A stretch of DNA of 29,139 nt, taken from positions 1 through 29,139 of the forward strand of contig JAFGND010000065.1 of the NCBI GenBank assembly GCA_016927185.1, in the 5' to 3' direction. This DNA comes from Candidatus Coatesbacteria bacterium. Its GTDB lineage: Bacteria > JAFGND01. Below are positions 26,580 to 29,139 of the stretch, piece by piece; positions within the stretch are counted from its first letter, which is position 1; the number at the start of each line of letters is the position of its first letter. The notes below the pieces were generated by a model. The model was not told the origin of the DNA and ran no database searches. It saw only the letters and a program-made list of their open reading frames with translations. Made by a program: the position numbers and the translations under genes.

Positions 26580-27370
26580 CTACCTCCAGCTCCATTAGAA
26601 GTAGCAGAGGTTCTCCCCCTCTCTCCTCTGCTACTTCTTTTTCTTTCCCATGCTTTAAGATAAGTAAGAAAACATGTAAATCCGTGAAAGTAACTTACAA
26701 GGAAACCATATTTGCCTTCTCTCCATCCTCCTCTTGCTATAAAATGATTGAGGAAAGCAGATAAACCATGCAAAACTGCTTTGAAAACGCTTACATTCAC
26801 TGATTTTGTTTTTTCGATTGAAGCTAAAGATGAATAAGTATTAATTTTGTTTACTAATCTTTTCAAATCAGGATGAGTATTATGTATTATATCAGCATTC
26901 AAATAGATAACAGGAGGAGAAATTTCAAACGATTCATGTACTTCTCTTTTTATTATACTAGTGTAGCTTTTTTTAAACAGTCTTGGTTGAAAATCTGGAT
27001 ACCAGTCGCAATGCTTTATCCATTTGCCGAGAAAGTAATTTTTCCTTTTGAAATAATAACCATTCACCATTGATTCCGATTGCAATTCCTTAATTGTTTC
27101 TTTTGTATCTTGAGGGATTATTTCATCTGCATCAATAGAAAGAATCCATTCATGTTTTGTTAACGAAATAGCATATTCTTTTTGCTGTGCATAACCTGAC
27201 CATTCTCTGAAATAAACCTTGTTGGTATATTCCTTTGCTATATCAATAGTTGAATCATTTCTTGAACTGCAAACAACAATTATTTCATCCAGCCATGAGA
27301 TGCTTTGAAGGCATAAACCAATCTGATGCTCTTCTTCGCCAGCTATCACAATTGCGCTTATTGGTTGCAA
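26576..27370 (-). CDS. Glycosyltransferase family 2, LPS core beta-glucosyltransferase (WaaE/LgtF-like)
   Basis: ISAIVIA..EE, GYAQQKEYA, WILSIDADE, WYPDFQPRLF, VHE, KINTYSS, GWREGKYG. Confidence 0.9.
   Translation of the reverse strand: MQPISAIVIAGEEEHQIGLCLQSISWLDEIIVVCSSRNDSTIDIAKEYTNKVYFREWSGYAQQKEYAISLTKHEWILSIDADEIIPQDTKETIKELQSESMVNGYYFKRKNYFLGKWIKHCDWYPDFQPRLFKKSYTSIIKREVHESFEISPPVIYLNADIIHNTHPDLKRLVNKINTYSSLASIEKTKSVNVSVFKAVLHGLSAFLNHFIARGGWREGKYGFLVSYFHGFTCFLTYLKAWERKRSSRGERGRTSATSNGAGGS
26597..26646 (+). terminator. Plus-strand terminator-like hairpin inside the 3' end of the GT2 gene
   Basis: Perfect 14-bp stem AGAAGTAGCAGAGG (26597-26610) / CCTCTGCTACTTCT (26625-26638) with a 14-nt pyrimidine loop, then TTTTCTTT. 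Confidence 0.7.
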
Positions 27371-28341
27371 AATTTTTCCTTGAATTTCATTATTATTGAA
27401 TCTGCTTTCAAATTATCGAGACATATGGTTTTTTTGCAATATGTTTTATTACATGGTCTGCATTCAGCATCAGCAGCAAGAGCTTCATGAGGTTCAGAAT
27501 ATGGAAACCAGATAGAAGGATCTTCAGCTCCAAAAATTGCCCATGTTGTAGTTCCAACAGCTACAGACAAATGCATAGGACCGCAATCGTTTCCAATTAC
27601 AAGATTGCAGATTGAAAGATAAACTGCTAGTGCCCTGATATTAGTCTCAGGAGCCATGATAGCATTTTCTCCAACTTCAAGTTTCAGATATTCTGCAAGA
27701 TTTTTGTCATTAATCCCATATAGTATAAGGATTATTACTCCAGTTTCAGCCAGATTCCTGCCAAGTTCAACAAAGTTATCTATATGCCATATTTTTGATT
27801 GCCAGCTCGCTCCAGGATATAATCCTACCACAAACCTGTTTCTTATCTTATCTTTTATTTCTGAACTTACTAGTTTCTCTTTTTCATAATCCATAAAATG
27901 GAATTCTGTACGATATTCCTTGATCTCCATTTCCAGATTCTTGACTGCAGAAAGATGAGAAATAATAGCTGAAGGATCCGAAGAGACTTTTATTTTACTA
28001 TCGTAAACACATCCTCTTAAACCTACATCATATCCGATTTTTTTCTTTGCTTTCAATCCCTTAAAAATAATCGCTGTTCTCGGATTACAGAAAAGATCTA
28101 TTGCAGCGCTGTAATTCATCTTTCTAATCTCTTTCCAAAAGTCAAGAGTTTGTTTTAATCCTTTCGGTATTATTAATATATCGTCAACACATGGATTCCC
28201 TACTAAAATATCTTTATATCTATCTTCTACAAGATATGTCACAAAGCAATTCTTGACATTTTCCTTCAAATATCTTAATAACGGAGTAGTTAACAGAATA
28301 TCTCCCATATATCTTGGTCTACATACAAGAAATCTATCCAT
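27358..28341 (-). CDS. Glycosyltransferase family 9 (LPS heptosyltransferase)
   Basis: RYMGDILLTTP, PGASWQSKIW, GNDCGPMHLS..GT..AIFG, CRPC..C..C. Start reassigned to MDRFLV (ATG 28341). Confidence 0.92.
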   Translation of the reverse strand: MDRFLVCRPRYMGDILLTTPLLRYLKENVKNCFVTYLVEDRYKDILVGNPCVDDILIIPKGLKQTLDFWKEIRKMNYSAAIDLFCNPRTAIIFKGLKAKKKIGYDVGLRGCVYDSKIKVSSDPSAIISHLSAVKNLEMEIKEYRTEFHFMDYEKEKLVSSEIKDKIRNRFVVGLYPGASWQSKIWHIDNFVELGRNLAETGVIILILYGINDKNLAEYLKLEVGENAIMAPETNIRALAVYLSICNLVIGNDCGPMHLSVAVGTTTWAIFGAEDPSIWFPYSEPHEALAADAECRPCNKTYCKKTICLDNLKADSIIMKFKEKFCNQ

Positions 28342-29139
28342 TACTTTGCTCAAACATTCCAAGAAATTCATTAAAAACTCTATTTGCATCTATTTCATTC
28401 AAGCATGCTTTGTCTATACACTCTCTTTTTCCGCATCCTTCACCTCTGCATGAAACATCAATCTGAATTGCTTTGTTTCTGCTTGATGAATATGGGAACC
28501 ATTCATCTACTGAAGATGGTCCGAAAATAATAATGACAGGAATTCCTGTTGCAGAGGCAATATGTGCTATTCCAGTATCATTACCTATATAGCACTTACC
28601 AGAAGAAATCACTCCAGCGAGCAAGGGTAAATTATCTGAAACTATTACTTTATACTTCCCGGTTATTTCCTGATTTTTATCTTCAGCAATAAATGCAACA
28701 TTATATTCTGCTTCAGAAATTTGATCTGCGAGTTCTATGAACTTTTTAAGTTCCCAGGTTTTAGAATCACAGCTAGCAAAAGGAGCTATAAAAACTGTTC
28801 CTTTTTTTATATTATTTATTTGCAGGAAATCGTATGATAATCTTTTTTGGACTTCCGAAATACTTATTACAGGTAATTTTTTCACATATGGAATATCCAT
28901 TGCTTCCAAAACAAGTAAATCCCTCCAGTGTCCATAGATTCTTTCTGCTGCTTTAGGTATTTCCAAGTCACCTTTTAATAAACCATTATGATTATGAATT
29001 ATCTTTGATTTGGCAGCTGAAAATTTTGTTAGCCATTCTGATGTCGCTGAAGAGTGAAGATTTATTATCAAATCGTATTTTTTGTTTCTTATGTTATGTA
29101 AAATTCTTAAGGTGAAAGGGGTTTTTCTATATCCAGTAA
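28334..29139 (-). CDS. Glycosyltransferase family 9, 5' end outside the window
   Basis: The frame is open to the window edge (..KKYDLIINLH). PFASCDSKTW, GNDTGIAHIASA.G.P...IFGP. Confidence 0.9.
   Translation of the reverse strand, partial: TGYRKTPFTLRILHNIRNKKYDLIINLHSSATSEWLTKFSAAKSKIIHNHNGLLKGDLEIPKAAERIYGHWRDLLVLEAMDIPYVKKLPVISISEVQKRLSYDFLQINNIKKGTVFIAPFASCDSKTWELKKFIELADQISEAEYNVAFIAEDKNQEITGKYKVIVSDNLPLLAGVISSGKCYIGNDTGIAHIASATGIPVIIIFGPSSVDEWFPYSSSRNKAIQIDVSCRGEGCGKRECIDKACLNEIDANRVFNEFLGMFEQSNG

Noticed and set aside
181-28937. The many 60-110 aa ORFs antisense to or overlapping long genes (e.g. 639-887, 2993-3289, 7312-7620, 19754-20086)
   Set aside because: They are shadows of well-supported genes, with no motifs or RBS.
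1-29139. CRISPR array, tRNA/rRNA, transposase, integrase or prophage
   Set aside because: No regularly spaced repeats, RNA-gene signatures or mobile-element proteins were seen.

Overview
AT-rich bacterial chromosomal window from a diderm (LPS GT9/GT2 glycosyltransferases, LptF/G, a beta-barrel OMP). It uses genetic code 11, since TGA ends many ordinary genes. Most of it is housekeeping and envelope genes: murB-RsmC/RlmG-like MTase-GT4; a Tat-exported polysaccharide deacetylase; guaA/cysS; a retropepsin; uvrC; YtfJ/GerW; an aminotransferase; an orphan DNA MTase; lptF-GT4-OMP-murG-HEAT-mraY; yggT-PNP-like-dksA-lspA-lspA-rluD; a PP2C-like membrane protein and a receiver protein; GT9-GT9-GT2. The main finding is missing from the ORF track: a 59-codon two-helix membrane ORF (5367-5546), translationally coupled to a Cys-pair MarR. 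It has an in-frame TGA where the family has a conserved Cys (CxxxxU) and a stem-loop just downstream, making it a candidate MarR-regulated small selenoprotein. Other points: tandem lspA paralogues, two probable pseudo-enzymes (PNP-like, PP2C-like), a frameshifted DMT gene, an HhH-less uvrC sitting directly behind a terminator, an unannotated 41-aa hydrophobic ORF, and several apparently leaderless operon starts. All family calls come from motifs recognised by eye; no database searches were run.
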